Notes: generated by a model from the sequence alone, not told the origin. A stretch of DNA of 32,000 bases from Pirellula staleyi DSM 6068 (GCA_000025185.1 CP001848.1:4350001-4382000); one strand, 5' to 3'; shown: positions 8,252 to 17,374, numbered from the stretch's first letter. Numbers and translations: made by a program.

Positions 8252-8749
8252 ATGAGAAGGTCTGCATACTACATCGTAACATTCCTGGTAATCGTGATGC
8301 TGGCTTGTGGAGCTTCGGCTCTTTGGGCGCAAGATCCCATCGAAGGGTTGGGGAAGATTCAGCCCGATGTCAAAAAGTTCATGCGGGCCAAACTGGGACA
8401 CCAGCAGTCGCTGATCGAAGCGCTGGCGATGGAAGATTTTCCGATGCTCGCCAAGCATGCTCAGGAGATGAGCCTGCTGACGCACGCGGAAGTGTGGCAA
8501 GTGTTTCAGACCCCTGACTATCTGCAGCACAGCTTGACCTTCCGCCGAGCAGCCAACTCGCTGCGAGAAGCGGCCAAAAAGGAAAACCTGGAAGGGGCGG
8601 CGCTCGCGTATGTCGAAATGACACTCGAGTGCGTCCATTGTCACAAATATGTTCGCCGTGCTCGCATGGCTGATTTCCGCGCCGATGAAGCAGCCCTCCG
8701 CGCGGTTCTAAGCCCGCCAGCACCCGTTAAGGAAGGGCTCGTGCGATGA
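8252..8749 (+). CDS. Putative class II (c'-like, four-helix-bundle) cytochrome c
   Basis: The ATG at 8252 gives the signal/anchor MRRSAYYIVTFLVIVMLACGASALWAQ. A single CxxCH (ECVHCHKY) lies near the C-terminus of a predicted helical ~165-aa protein, which is the class II cytochrome c layout. The stop overlaps the next start (ATGA at 8746-8749). Confidence 0.6.
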   Translation: MRRSAYYIVTFLVIVMLACGASALWAQDPIEGLGKIQPDVKKFMRAKLGHQQSLIEALAMEDFPMLAKHAQEMSLLTHAEVWQVFQTPDYLQHSLTFRRAANSLREAAKKENLEGAALAYVEMTLECVHCHKYVRRARMADFRADEAALRAVLSPPAPVKEGLVR

Positions 8750-9174
8750 GTGGCCTCCGCCGCGAATGCGTGATTGTGCCTGTCGATTTCTCGGCCGAGT
8801 CGTACAAGGCGTTCGACACCGCCCTCGGGATTGTCGATAGCCCAGCCAAAGTGCACGTGGTGCATGTGCTGGCCGATCTCGCGCCGCTGGAAGCTGGCGA
8901 AGTGTGGGGCCTGCCCGATATGACAGTGCGACTCGAGCGGGCCAAACAGCTGCTGGTGCAAGAGCTTGCTCGAGGTGTGGCGGGGGGAATGTCGGTGGAT
9001 GTGGTGGTCGGTGATCCGGCGCATGCCATCACCGACTTTGCCTCCGAAAAGAAAGCCGACCTGATTGTGATTCCGTCGCATGGTCGGACTGGCCTGACGC
9101 GGCTGCTGATCGGATCGACAGCGGAGCGCGTGGTTCGGTTGGCTCATTGCCCGGTCTTGGTCCTTCGCTCGTAG
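8746..9174 (+). CDS. Universal stress protein (UspA family)
   Basis: 142 aa with Usp hallmarks: VIVPVDFS, HVVHV and a C-terminal IVIPSHGRTGLTRLLIGSTAERVVRLAHCPVLVLR (ATP-binding G-2x-G-9x-G(S/T)-type region). The SD-like AAGGAAGG lies 9 nt upstream. Confidence 0.9.
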   Translation: MSGLRRECVIVPVDFSAESYKAFDTALGIVDSPAKVHVVHVLADLAPLEAGEVWGLPDMTVRLERAKQLLVQELARGVAGGMSVDVVVGDPAHAITDFASEKKADLIVIPSHGRTGLTRLLIGSTAERVVRLAHCPVLVLRS

Positions 9175-9219
9175 ACAGCAGATTTTTCCCGGGAAATCCT
9201 TAACGAAACATTCGATCCA

Positions 9220-9408
9220 GATCGTGAAGTTCACTGCGAGTTGTGGAAGGATTCGCAGCTTCAAGTGACTCCCTGAGGTGCGACCAGTAGGGGCAGACTC
9301 TGGTCGCGCCAAACGGCGAGGGCGCTTGCTTTGAAAGTAGGGACACCGTTCTCGACAGCGAATTTCTTCGCCTGTCCTTAGCCAGTGAACTTCACGATCC
9401 TTTTTTAT
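9220..9408 (+). ncRNA. Candidate structured RNA / leader / complex terminator
   Basis: A perfect 17-bp closing stem pairs GATCGTGAAGTTCACTG (9220-9236) with CAGTGAACTTCACGATC (9383-9399). Nested inside are a stem 9245-9256/9358-9369 and a hairpin GCGACCAG-12 nt-CTGGTCGC (9280-9307). CTTTTTTATT (9400-9409) follows on the plus strand. No ORF is present. Confidence 0.35.
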
Positions 9409-9566
9409 TCTCGGCCGGTGCCGCTTGGCCGCGCTGCTAATCGCAACGGTTTGGCCGATTGAGCTTTCTTCCGCCGCGCGAGCCTGAGTAAACTGACAAA
9501 GAGCAGCGCAGCGTTCTGGGCGCTGCCACTCTTCTTTTCGGTTCTCTTCTCAGCAAGGCCAATGCC

Positions 9567-10064
9567 ATGAACACGCAGCCATCGGCTGTTGGCGCGGAAA
9601 CTTCGCGCCCCACGATCAACTGGCGACGACTCGCCATCATCACCGCGCTGTTGCTCGCTGTGGCCGCCGGTGTGACGTGGCAATACGTGATCGTCCCCGC
9701 GCGTGGTCCCGCGCTCCGCGAAAATGCCATCATGGTGATCGCGCCGTATCGGCATCAGGGAACCTGGGTGTTTGACGATGCTTCTGCGGGGCTCGTCAAA
9801 GAGCCGTTTGTTGCCGGGGTCCCCGAGATGATCGATGTGCTGGTCGAGGAGATTCCGACAGCCGACCAAGGTTTTCGGCTCCTCTTCTCGGCCCAGCCTT
9901 TCCCCGGGCATCAGAAAAAACTGACCTGGCTCCGAGGCGATTCGGGGGGCAATTATTACGCGGTCGACGAGCCGCCGATGGAGGGCTGGATCTGCCCAGC
10001 CCTTTTTAAGTACTACGCCTCCGCCCCGAAAAACCTGTACGTCAAAGCCGAACCGATCCACTAA
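9567..10064 (+). CDS. Hypothetical membrane-anchored protein
   Basis: 165 aa with one N-terminal TM (LAIITALLLAVAAGVTW) followed by a globular region that looks conserved (WVFDDASAGLVKEPFVAGVPEMID; MEGWICPALFKYY). The antisense 218-aa ORF is Arg/Gly-rich and judged spurious. Confidence 0.65.
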   Translation: MNTQPSAVGAETSRPTINWRRLAIITALLLAVAAGVTWQYVIVPARGPALRENAIMVIAPYRHQGTWVFDDASAGLVKEPFVAGVPEMIDVLVEEIPTADQGFRLLFSAQPFPGHQKKLTWLRGDSGGNYYAVDEPPMEGWICPALFKYYASAPKNLYVKAEPIH

Positions 10065-10127
10065 TTGCTATAACAGAGCAGGCGTAGCTGCGACCTCCGA
10101 TTTCTTTTTGCTTCAAGTAAGTTCACG

Positions 10128-11192
10128 ATGCTCCCCCCGCTTGTGATTGGTAATGTGCACGTTGGTTTTCCGGTGGTGCAGGCGGCACTTTCGGGCTACA
10201 GCGACTGGCCGATGCGCGTGATTGCGCGGCGGCATGGCGCGTCGTATGCCTTGTGCGAAGTGATGCTCGATAAGTTTCTGGTCACGCTCAAAGGGGACCG
10301 GAAAAAGAATCGCCACTTCCTCTACCTCACCGACGAAGACCATCCTGTCGCCGGGCAGCTGATGGGGGCCGAACCAGCCGAGTTTGCTCAAGGAGCGCTG
10401 CGTCTCGCTGAAGCTGGCTTCGACGTTATCGATATCAACTTCGGCTGTCCGGTCAAAAAAGTGCTCGGGCGCTGTCGCGGTGGGTTTCACTTGAGTCAGC
10501 CCGACGTGGCGCTCGAGATTGTTCGCCGCACGCGCGACATCGTGCCTGCCCACATTCCGGTGACGGTGAAAATGCGCCGCGGGCTCGACGACACGCAGCT
10601 CAGCCGCGATCGCTTTTTTGAAATTCTCGACGGCGCGTTTGCGGCCGGGGTGGCCGCCATCACGGTGCATGGCCGAACGGTGGTGCAGCGCTATGTCGGT
10701 CCGAGCCGCTGGAGTTTTCTCACCGAAGTGAAGCGGCATGTCGGCTCGCGTGTGATTCTCGGCAGCGGCGATTTGTTCTCGGCGCAAGATTGCCTGGCGA
10801 TGATGCGCGAGACCGGTGTCGATGGTGTCACCGTGGCGCGCGGGGCGATTGGCAACCCGTGGATTTTCTCGCAGTGCCGCGCGCTCGACGCCGGGGAGCC
10901 ACTTCCACCTCCACCGACACTTTTCGAGCAAAAAGCGACGATTCTCGAGCACTATCGACTCGCCGCTGAACTCTACGGCGACGACAAATGCAGCGCTCCG
11001 ATGCGCAAGTTCGGCATCAAGTACGCCGCCCTCCATCCGCGCCATCTCGAGCTCCGCGAGGCGTTCACCAAAGTGAAATGTCTGGCCGATTGGCAGGGAG
11101 TGCTCGACAGCTGGTATGCCGAAGATCTGCCGGGGCAATATCCCGATCCCAACCTCCACACCTCAAGCGACAGCTGCGAAGAAGCGGCCTGA
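10128..11192 (+). CDS. tRNA-dihydrouridine synthase (Dus family)
   Basis: 354 aa with Dus motifs: AALSGYSDWPMRV, DINFGCPVKKV (catalytic Cys region), ITVHGRT and VTVARGAIGNPWIF. Confidence 0.9.
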   Translation: MLPPLVIGNVHVGFPVVQAALSGYSDWPMRVIARRHGASYALCEVMLDKFLVTLKGDRKKNRHFLYLTDEDHPVAGQLMGAEPAEFAQGALRLAEAGFDVIDINFGCPVKKVLGRCRGGFHLSQPDVALEIVRRTRDIVPAHIPVTVKMRRGLDDTQLSRDRFFEILDGAFAAGVAAITVHGRTVVQRYVGPSRWSFLTEVKRHVGSRVILGSGDLFSAQDCLAMMRETGVDGVTVARGAIGNPWIFSQCRALDAGEPLPPPPTLFEQKATILEHYRLAAELYGDDKCSAPMRKFGIKYAALHPRHLELREAFTKVKCLADWQGVLDSWYAEDLPGQYPDPNLHTSSDSCEEAA

Positions 11193-11235
11193 CCCCAGAC
11201 GCTCCTGCGCCGCTGCTAAACTTCTTAGTTGCTCC

Positions 11236-11355
11236 ATTAAGTAGGGCCGGTTCCACCGGCCACACCACCACGCGACATCGCACTAAAAACCGCCAAACGC
11301 TATCCCTGCAGTAGAGCTGTCGAGTTCTTGTCCGGTGGAACCGGACCTACTTAAT
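11236..11355. repeat. Inverted pair of small REP-like units
   Basis: ATTAAGTAGGGCCGGTTCCACCGGCC (11236-11261) and GTCCGGTGGAACCGGACCTACTTAAT (11330-11355) are near reverse complements separated by ~65 bp. Each is itself a GTAG-headed palindrome. Confidence 0.7.
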
Positions 11356-11366
11356 GCTTGACCTGC

Positions 11367-11569
11367 GTAGGTCAGATGCCCGCAGGGAATCTGACGGGCG
11401 AGGATTTCGCCAGCAGAGAGCACGATGTAGCTTGCCAAGCCCCGCGCGAAGAGCGTGGCTCGCGCAACGCAGGAACCCAAATTTCGACTCGATGGCCAGA
11501 GACGTGAAACCGGTTGAAGAATCGCCGGATCAGCTCCCGTCAGGTCCCTGCGAGGGGGACCTGACCTAC
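11367..11569. repeat. REPIN-like ~200-bp intergenic element, copy C
   Basis: Left end GTAGGTCAGATGCCCGCAGGGAATCTGACGGGCG; right end CTCCCGTCAGGTCCCTGCGAGGGGGACCTGACCTAC (stem 11539-11548/11556-11565). The subterminal blocks GATTTCGCCAGCAGAG and GTGAAACCGGTTGAAGAATCGCCGGATCAG are shared with copies A and B. Confidence 0.8.
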
Positions 11570-11592
11570 GGGATGTGTTCGCAGCCAACTTA

Positions 11593-12129
11593 CTAACGTG
11601 GTGGGCGGGGGCGACGTTTGGGGCCTGTAGCTTGGGCCGTTGAGGCAGCAGCGGGTGCTGTGGTGGGTGGTTTTGGAGCAGGGCGGGCCGAGCCTTCCAC
11701 CACGCGGCTTTCCGAAGGGGGCTCTGTTTTTGAAGGGGAGACGGTGGCGGTCGTTTTTTTGGCGGCTGCGCGCGACTTCGAAACCGAGGTCGACCGTTTG
11801 CTTGTCACCAGCGACCAGACCATCGGAATCCAGGCCCGATAGGTCGCTGCGAGTCCCAAAACAGGCAAAATCAGCACCAAAATCTGCGAACTGGGGATGA
11901 TCGCGACGATCAGAATCACACCCCCGACGGCCCAGCCGAACCATTTGGGGGTTTTGGCGATCAGCGCTTCGATCGGCGGCATCGCCAGCCAGATGGCCAG
12001 CGTCACGATCCCCATGCGCACGAGTCCCCCAACCAGCCCCGGCGAGTGCTCGGTGGCCCCTGACAACCACAGCAGGATTCCGCTCGCCAGCAGTCCAGCG
12101 GCGAGCCATCCAATGAGCGTTCGTTTCAT
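11593..12129 (-). CDS. Hypothetical integral membrane protein with basic Pro/Ala/Thr-rich C-terminal tail
   Basis: I prefer the ATG at 12129 (MKRTLIGWLAAGLLASGILLWL). About 4 predicted TM helices are followed by a low-complexity tail ending RRPRPPR. No family was recognised. Confidence 0.6.
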   Translation of the reverse strand: MKRTLIGWLAAGLLASGILLWLSGATEHSPGLVGGLVRMGIVTLAIWLAMPPIEALIAKTPKWFGWAVGGVILIVAIIPSSQILVLILPVLGLAATYRAWIPMVWSLVTSKRSTSVSKSRAAAKKTTATVSPSKTEPPSESRVVEGSARPAPKPPTTAPAAASTAQATGPKRRPRPPR

Positions 12130-12208
12130 AACGGGTGCGAGATCGCAGGACCATTCGTAAGCGAGCATCGCCCAGGAAGCTCGCTGAGGTTAACCACAGG
12201 ACGGGCAG

Positions 12209-13498
12209 CTACTTGGCTTTGCGAATCGCATAGAGGGCGTCGAACGTGCGAATATAGATCGTGCCGCCAGCGATCGCGGGGCTCGCGCTGATCGATTCTT
12301 TCATGTCGTTGGTCGAGACAATTTCAAACGTCTTGCCCGCCTTCACCACGGTGATGTTCCCGTTACGAGCCGTCAGGTAGATGTGACCATCGGCATACAC
12401 AGGCGAAGCGCGGTGACGATCGCGCACGGTCGGCTGTGTGTAAAACTCTTCGCCTGTCTTGGCGTCGACCGTGATGAGGTTTCCATTCTCGCGGCAGAGG
12501 TAGACAATCCCATCGTGCACCAGTGGCGAAGGGACGTCGGGCGTGTCGCGCTCCCGTTGCCAGAAGTAGGCCGCATCTTGGAACGACACATCTCCTTCAG
12601 CATCGGGCTTCAGACAGAAGACCGGACCATTTTTGGCCGAAGGGATCACAATCATTCCTTCGGCAGCGACCGGAGTTGCCACAAAACGAAGGGTTGGGTT
12701 GTAGTTCCCTTTGGGATTCAAATTGCCGACGCGGAAAATCTCGCTCCCATCCTTCAGACGATGGGCGATGGCATAGTCGGCCCCGTGGGTCAGCAGAAAT
12801 TCGTGCTTGGCATCGCGGTAGATGATCGGAGAGGCATACGAGTGCTCGCATTCGTTTTTGCCATCGCTCGGACGATCTCGTTTCCAAATCTCTTTTCCAC
12901 TCGCTGCGTCGAGACAAACCACTACTGCTTCACGCGTGTCGGGATTCCCTTCACCATGAATCAGTTGCAGGTAGAGCTTATCGCCATCGAGCACCGGCGA
13001 GCTGGTCATCCCAAACGCGATGTCGAGCTTGCCGTAGCGATCTTGCACATTCAGCTTCCACACCTCTTTGCCGTCGACGGTGTAGCAAGCGAGGGTGCCG
13101 TTGGCCATGAAGGCCCACACATGTTTGCCGTCGGTCGATGGGCTCGGCGAGGCGCTGTTCCCTTCCCCATCGCGCACCACTTTGTTCCCTTCGCTGACGA
13201 CCTGCTTCCACTGCAGCTTGCCATCGGTGCCGATGCACATCAGTGTCAGGTCGTTTCCATCCACCGTGGTGAGGAAGACTTGATTGTCCCACACGACGGG
13301 CGAAGCACCGGCAGGTCCTGGCAGAGGAAACCGCCACGCGACGTTTTCGGTCGGCGAAAACTTCGTGGGGAGATCTTTCTCGGCGCTAATGCCATCGAGA
13401 CGTGCGCCGCGCCACTGCGGCCAGTTTTCCGCACGGAGACTCGCTGCCGATGCCAGAGCCACAGCGCTACCAAGAACGAACAGGGCAAACCGTTTCAT
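12209..13498 (-). CDS. PQQ-like beta-propeller repeat protein (BamB-like fold), secreted
   Basis: The ATG at 13498 gives the signal peptide MKRFALFVLGSAVALASAASLRAENWPQWRG, a typical start for this family. Repeated W/G-containing blade motifs occur throughout. Confidence 0.85.
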   Translation of the reverse strand: MKRFALFVLGSAVALASAASLRAENWPQWRGARLDGISAEKDLPTKFSPTENVAWRFPLPGPAGASPVVWDNQVFLTTVDGNDLTLMCIGTDGKLQWKQVVSEGNKVVRDGEGNSASPSPSTDGKHVWAFMANGTLACYTVDGKEVWKLNVQDRYGKLDIAFGMTSSPVLDGDKLYLQLIHGEGNPDTREAVVVCLDAASGKEIWKRDRPSDGKNECEHSYASPIIYRDAKHEFLLTHGADYAIAHRLKDGSEIFRVGNLNPKGNYNPTLRFVATPVAAEGMIVIPSAKNGPVFCLKPDAEGDVSFQDAAYFWQRERDTPDVPSPLVHDGIVYLCRENGNLITVDAKTGEEFYTQPTVRDRHRASPVYADGHIYLTARNGNITVVKAGKTFEIVSTNDMKESISASPAIAGGTIYIRTFDALYAIRKAK

Positions 13499-13736
13499 GA
13501 AAAACTCGCAGGCGGGAGAGTCGGGGTAGGGGACTCGCGGACCTTGACACGCCACACCACTGCGTCAAATCGCAGGTCCGAAGTTAGTGGTAGTTTGGAT
13601 GGTACAGGGAACGCGGTCAAGGATTTCTTCCGACCATCGTTCCCGGGGTACAAAACTCGATAGGCGGCCGGGTGCCTGTAAAATAGACTAAAGTGGTTAT
13701 ACGGCCCTCCTTCTGTCACCACGCGAGTTCCCGATC

Positions 13737-15428
13737 GTGATGCGAATCCGTTCCATACCGCAAATTTACCGCAACGTGCGGCGGTGGACGGAAATCATCT
13801 CCGTACTCAGTAAGTACGGACTGGCCGATTGGCTCAGCCAAACCAATATCGACTTTGCCAAAGATCAGCTGAAAAACACCGATGGTGAAGCGATTGCGCG
13901 GCTGACGCGCGAAGCGCGCATTCGTCTGACCCTCACCGAACTCGGCCCGACGTTCATCAAGCTTGGCCAGCTTCTCAGCACCCGCGCCGATGTGGTGGGG
14001 ACCGAACTTGCCAGCGAGCTGAAACAGCTGCAGTCGGCAGCCCCCGCCGATCCGCCTGACGTAGTCCGACGCATCGTCGAGAGCGAACTGGGAGAAACAC
14101 TCGAGGAGCTGTTCCTCGAGTTCGACCTCTCGCCGATCGCTTCGGCTTCGATCGGACAAGTCCATCGTGCTCGCTTGCTCACGGGCGAAGCGGTGGTGGT
14201 GAAAGTCCAGCACGACAAGATCGAGCACACCGTTAACGAAGATCTCGAAGTCCTGGCGGGGCTTGCGCAGCTGGCCGAAACGATCACCGAATTCAAGCCA
14301 TATCGGCCCGTCGCAACGGTCGCCGACATGGGGCGCACACTCCGCCGCGAACTCGATTTTGGACGCGAAGAACGGAACTTACAGCAGTTCGCCAGTCTGC
14401 TGAAAGACGACACGACGGTTCACATTCCCAAGTCGATTACCGACCTTTCGACCGCGCGCGTCTTGACGATGGAGCTGATGGAAGGGATCGCCATCGAGAA
14501 CACCGCCGCCATCGAAGCAGCCGGGATCGATCGCGAGGAAGTGGCCCGTCGCGGCGCGAAACTCTACTTGCAAATGATCTTCGTGCACGGCTTTTTTCAT
14601 GCCGATCCGCACCCCGGCAATGTGCTGCTGCTGCCGGGCAATGTGATTGGCCTGCTCGACTTCGGCATGGTCGCCCGGATCGACGAGCGACTCCGCGAAG
14701 ATATCGAAGAAATGCTGCTGTCGATCGTGAACCACGATGTGACGAGCCTCACGCGGGTGATCAAACGGATCGGAGCAGTCCCCCCCAATCTCGACGAAGC
14801 CGGGCTTTCGAACGACGTGGCCGACTTCGTGGGTCACTATGGCACGCAAGCGCTCGATCAATTTGACCTCAGCGGCGCGCTGACCGATATGACCGGGATC
14901 ATTCGCCGCTATCGCATCATGCTGCCGACCCAGGTGGCGATGCTCATCAAAGTGCTGGTGACCCTCGAAGGGACCTCCAAGCTGCTGAGCCCCAAGTTCA
15001 GCCTGATGGAAGTGATGCAGCCGTTCCATCGCAAGATGCTGCTGCACCGCCTCAGCCCGCTGCGACAGATCAAAAAATTCCGCCGCCTGATGCTGGAAGT
15101 GGAGCAAATGGCCGAGGTGATGCCGCAGCGGATCATGCAACTGGTCGAGCAGGTGCAGGCGGGCAAATTCGACGTCCATCTCGACCATCGCGGCATGGGG
15201 CCCAGCATCAACCGGCTCGTTCTTGGCATGCTCGCCAGCGCCCTGTTCGTGGGCTCGTCGATGATGCTCTCGAGCAAGGTTCCGCCGGTCCTGTTTCAGG
15301 AGAAAACCTGGTTTGGACTCCACGATCTCTCGATCCTGGGCCTCGCGGGCTGCATCACCAGCATCCTAGTCGGCCTGCGGCTCCTATGGGCCATCGGCCG
15401 CAGCGGCCACCTCGACCAAAAGACGTAG
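13737..15428 (+). CDS. ABC1/AarF/UbiB-family atypical kinase
   Basis: 563 aa (GTG at 13737, ATG at 13740) with the ABC1 signature: LGPTFIKLGQLLSTRADV, ASIGQVHRA, VVKVQH, GFFHADPHPGNVLL and LDFGMV. Two TM helices lie at the C-terminus. Confidence 0.9.
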   Translation: MMRIRSIPQIYRNVRRWTEIISVLSKYGLADWLSQTNIDFAKDQLKNTDGEAIARLTREARIRLTLTELGPTFIKLGQLLSTRADVVGTELASELKQLQSAAPADPPDVVRRIVESELGETLEELFLEFDLSPIASASIGQVHRARLLTGEAVVVKVQHDKIEHTVNEDLEVLAGLAQLAETITEFKPYRPVATVADMGRTLRRELDFGREERNLQQFASLLKDDTTVHIPKSITDLSTARVLTMELMEGIAIENTAAIEAAGIDREEVARRGAKLYLQMIFVHGFFHADPHPGNVLLLPGNVIGLLDFGMVARIDERLREDIEEMLLSIVNHDVTSLTRVIKRIGAVPPNLDEAGLSNDVADFVGHYGTQALDQFDLSGALTDMTGIIRRYRIMLPTQVAMLIKVLVTLEGTSKLLSPKFSLMEVMQPFHRKMLLHRLSPLRQIKKFRRLMLEVEQMAEVMPQRIMQLVEQVQAGKFDVHLDHRGMGPSINRLVLGMLASALFVGSSMMLSSKVPPVLFQEKTWFGLHDLSILGLAGCITSILVGLRLLWAIGRSGHLDQKT

Positions 15429-15492
15429 CCCCCAAGCGGTTAGCGGCTAGGCGAACGCAAGGCATGTGCGTAAACACCTACTAGAAAGCAAC

Positions 15493-15693
15493 TTAGGCTG
15501 CTTTGGCGATTGAGATATCGCCCCCGCCTGCGGTCGCTTCGCGAAGGACTTTCTCGATCCGCTCGTTGAGCTCGTCGAGTTGCATCAGCAGAATGTCTTG
15601 CTGCTCGTTCATTTGCTGCAGCAAACTCTGCTCGCCCGTCGCCGAAAGGGTGTCGATCAGCGATTCATCGTCGTGGTGTTCGCTCGTGGTCAT
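15493..15693 (-). CDS. Small acidic coiled-coil hypothetical protein (66 aa)
   Basis: The ATG at 15693 gives MTTSEHHDDES...LLQQMNEQQDILLMQLDELNERIEKVL with a heptad-like pattern. The longer 146-aa version adds Arg/Cys-rich sequence that looks non-coding. Support is weak. Confidence 0.35.
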   Translation of the reverse strand: MTTSEHHDDESLIDTLSATGEQSLLQQMNEQQDILLMQLDELNERIEKVLREATAGGGDISIAKAA

Positions 15694-16033
15694 GTCGGAC
15701 GGAATCGGCAGTTCCCCGGGGGCAGCACGATGACAGCAGCCAAAGGTCGCATCGTGAAGCCGGGGCAAACTGCACAGTTTGGCGAGACTTTCTAGCCTGG
15801 GGATACGCTTCCGCAGCACCAAAAACAATTGAAGCTGGCCAGAGGGGAGCCGAGGGCGGCCTAAATCTTCGCAAAACCATCGCAGAAGCCCGTTTTTGGA
15901 GCCCTCGATTAGTTGAAAGTTGCCGCGAGACACGATATGGTGAGCTTCTGCCGAAGGTCATCTTGATTTCCCTTGCGGGGCGGTAACGGCTTCGAGTCTC
16001 ACCCCCACCCAGCAACTTTTGGAGTCTTGCTCA

Positions 16034-17374
16034 ATGCACGAATCTTCTCCGCTCCCCTCGGCCAAAGGGGCTGCCTCGCGCCGATCGTTCCTCAAGCATT
16101 CGTCGCTGCTGGTGGCCGGAAGTGCCATCGCTGCCTCGCAAGTGCAGATTGCCCAGGCCGCTCACTCGTTTGGTAGCGACACCATCAAAATCGGCCTCGT
16201 CGGCTGCGGTGGTCGTGGCACTCAAGCTGCCGTTCAGGCCCTCAACACCACAGGCGGCGATGTCAAGCTTGTGGCCCTGGCCGATGCGTTTGCCGATCGC
16301 GTGCAAGCTGCTTATCGCGGCATCAAGGGACGTCACTCCGAGAAGGTCGACGTGCCAAAAGAGCGTCAGTTCGTCGGTCTCGAGTCGTACAAAGAACTGC
16401 TGAAAACCGACATCGACCTGGTGATTCTCGCCACGCCTCCCGGCTTCCGCCCGCTCCATTTCGATGCAGCTGTGGCCGCTGGTAAGCACGTCTTCATGGA
16501 AAAGCCAGTGGCTGTCGATGCCGCCGGTGTTCGCAAAGTGCTCGCCGCGACCGAAGAAGCCAAAAAGAAGAGCCTCGCCGTGGCTGTCGGCCTGCAGCGC
16601 CGCCACGAACGCCGCTACATGCACTGCATCGAAAAGCTGCAGGAAGGTGCAATCGGCGACATCATTCTGTCCCGTGCCTACTGGAACGGCACCACACCTT
16701 GGCTCAAGCTCCGTCAGCCTGAGTGGACCGAACTCGAATACCAGATGCGCAACTGGTACTACTTCAACTGGATCTGCGGCGATCACATCGTCGAACAACA
16801 CATCCACAACCTCGACGTCATCAACTGGATCAAGAACGGCTATCCCGTTTCGGCCCAGGGCCAAGGTGGCTGCGAAGTCCGTAAGGGGAAGGAATATGGT
16901 GAGATTTTCGATCACCATATGATCGAATTCACCTACGCCGACGGCAGCACCATGCTGAGCCAATGCCGCCACATTCCAGGCTGCTGGAACGAAGTGGCCG
17001 AGTTTGTGCACGGCACCAAGGGGAAGGCCAATCCCAGCGGCTTGATCTACGACAACGATGGTAAGGTGACCTTCGATTCGACGAAGGATGGTGGCGACGG
17101 TCACCAGCAAGAGCACCACGACCTGTTTGCCGACCTCCGAGCTGGTCGCCTGCCTAACGAAGGGGAATGGGGGGCTTTGAGCACCATGACCGCCATCTTC
17201 GGTCGCATGGCCACCTACTCGGGCCAAAAGCTCAGCTGGGATCAGTGCCTCAAGAGCGAAGTGGTGATCTCGCCCGTCGAGCGCCTCGCTCAGCTGACCG
17301 ACGAACCATTCGTCAAGCCACTCCCCGAAGGTGGCTACGCCCTCCCAATCCCAGGCGTCACCAAAGTGGTGTAG
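16034..17374 (+). CDS. Gfo/Idh/MocA family oxidoreductase with twin-arginine signal
   Basis: TAT motif SRRSFLKHSSLLVAGSAIAAS; Rossmann motif IGLVGCGGRGT; EKP motif (FMEKPVA); a typical C-terminal alpha/beta domain. Confidence 0.9.
   Translation: MHESSPLPSAKGAASRRSFLKHSSLLVAGSAIAASQVQIAQAAHSFGSDTIKIGLVGCGGRGTQAAVQALNTTGGDVKLVALADAFADRVQAAYRGIKGRHSEKVDVPKERQFVGLESYKELLKTDIDLVILATPPGFRPLHFDAAVAAGKHVFMEKPVAVDAAGVRKVLAATEEAKKKSLAVAVGLQRRHERRYMHCIEKLQEGAIGDIILSRAYWNGTTPWLKLRQPEWTELEYQMRNWYYFNWICGDHIVEQHIHNLDVINWIKNGYPVSAQGQGGCEVRKGKEYGEIFDHHMIEFTYADGSTMLSQCRHIPGCWNEVAEFVHGTKGKANPSGLIYDNDGKVTFDSTKDGGDGHQQEHHDLFADLRAGRLPNEGEWGALSTMTAIFGRMATYSGQKLSWDQCLKSEVVISPVERLAQLTDEPFVKPLPEGGYALPIPGVTKVV

Noticed and set aside
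31-11569. Could the recurring ~35-nt palindromic units be a CRISPR array?
   Set aside because: The units are kilobases apart, occur as inverted pairs rather than regularly spaced direct repeats, and no cas genes are present.
15766-15781. Palindrome CAAACTG-CA-CAGTTTG in the divergent promoter region, as a possible operator
   Set aside because: 7-bp inverted repeats with short spacers are expected many times by chance in 32 kb, and there is no second copy or adjacent regulator gene.
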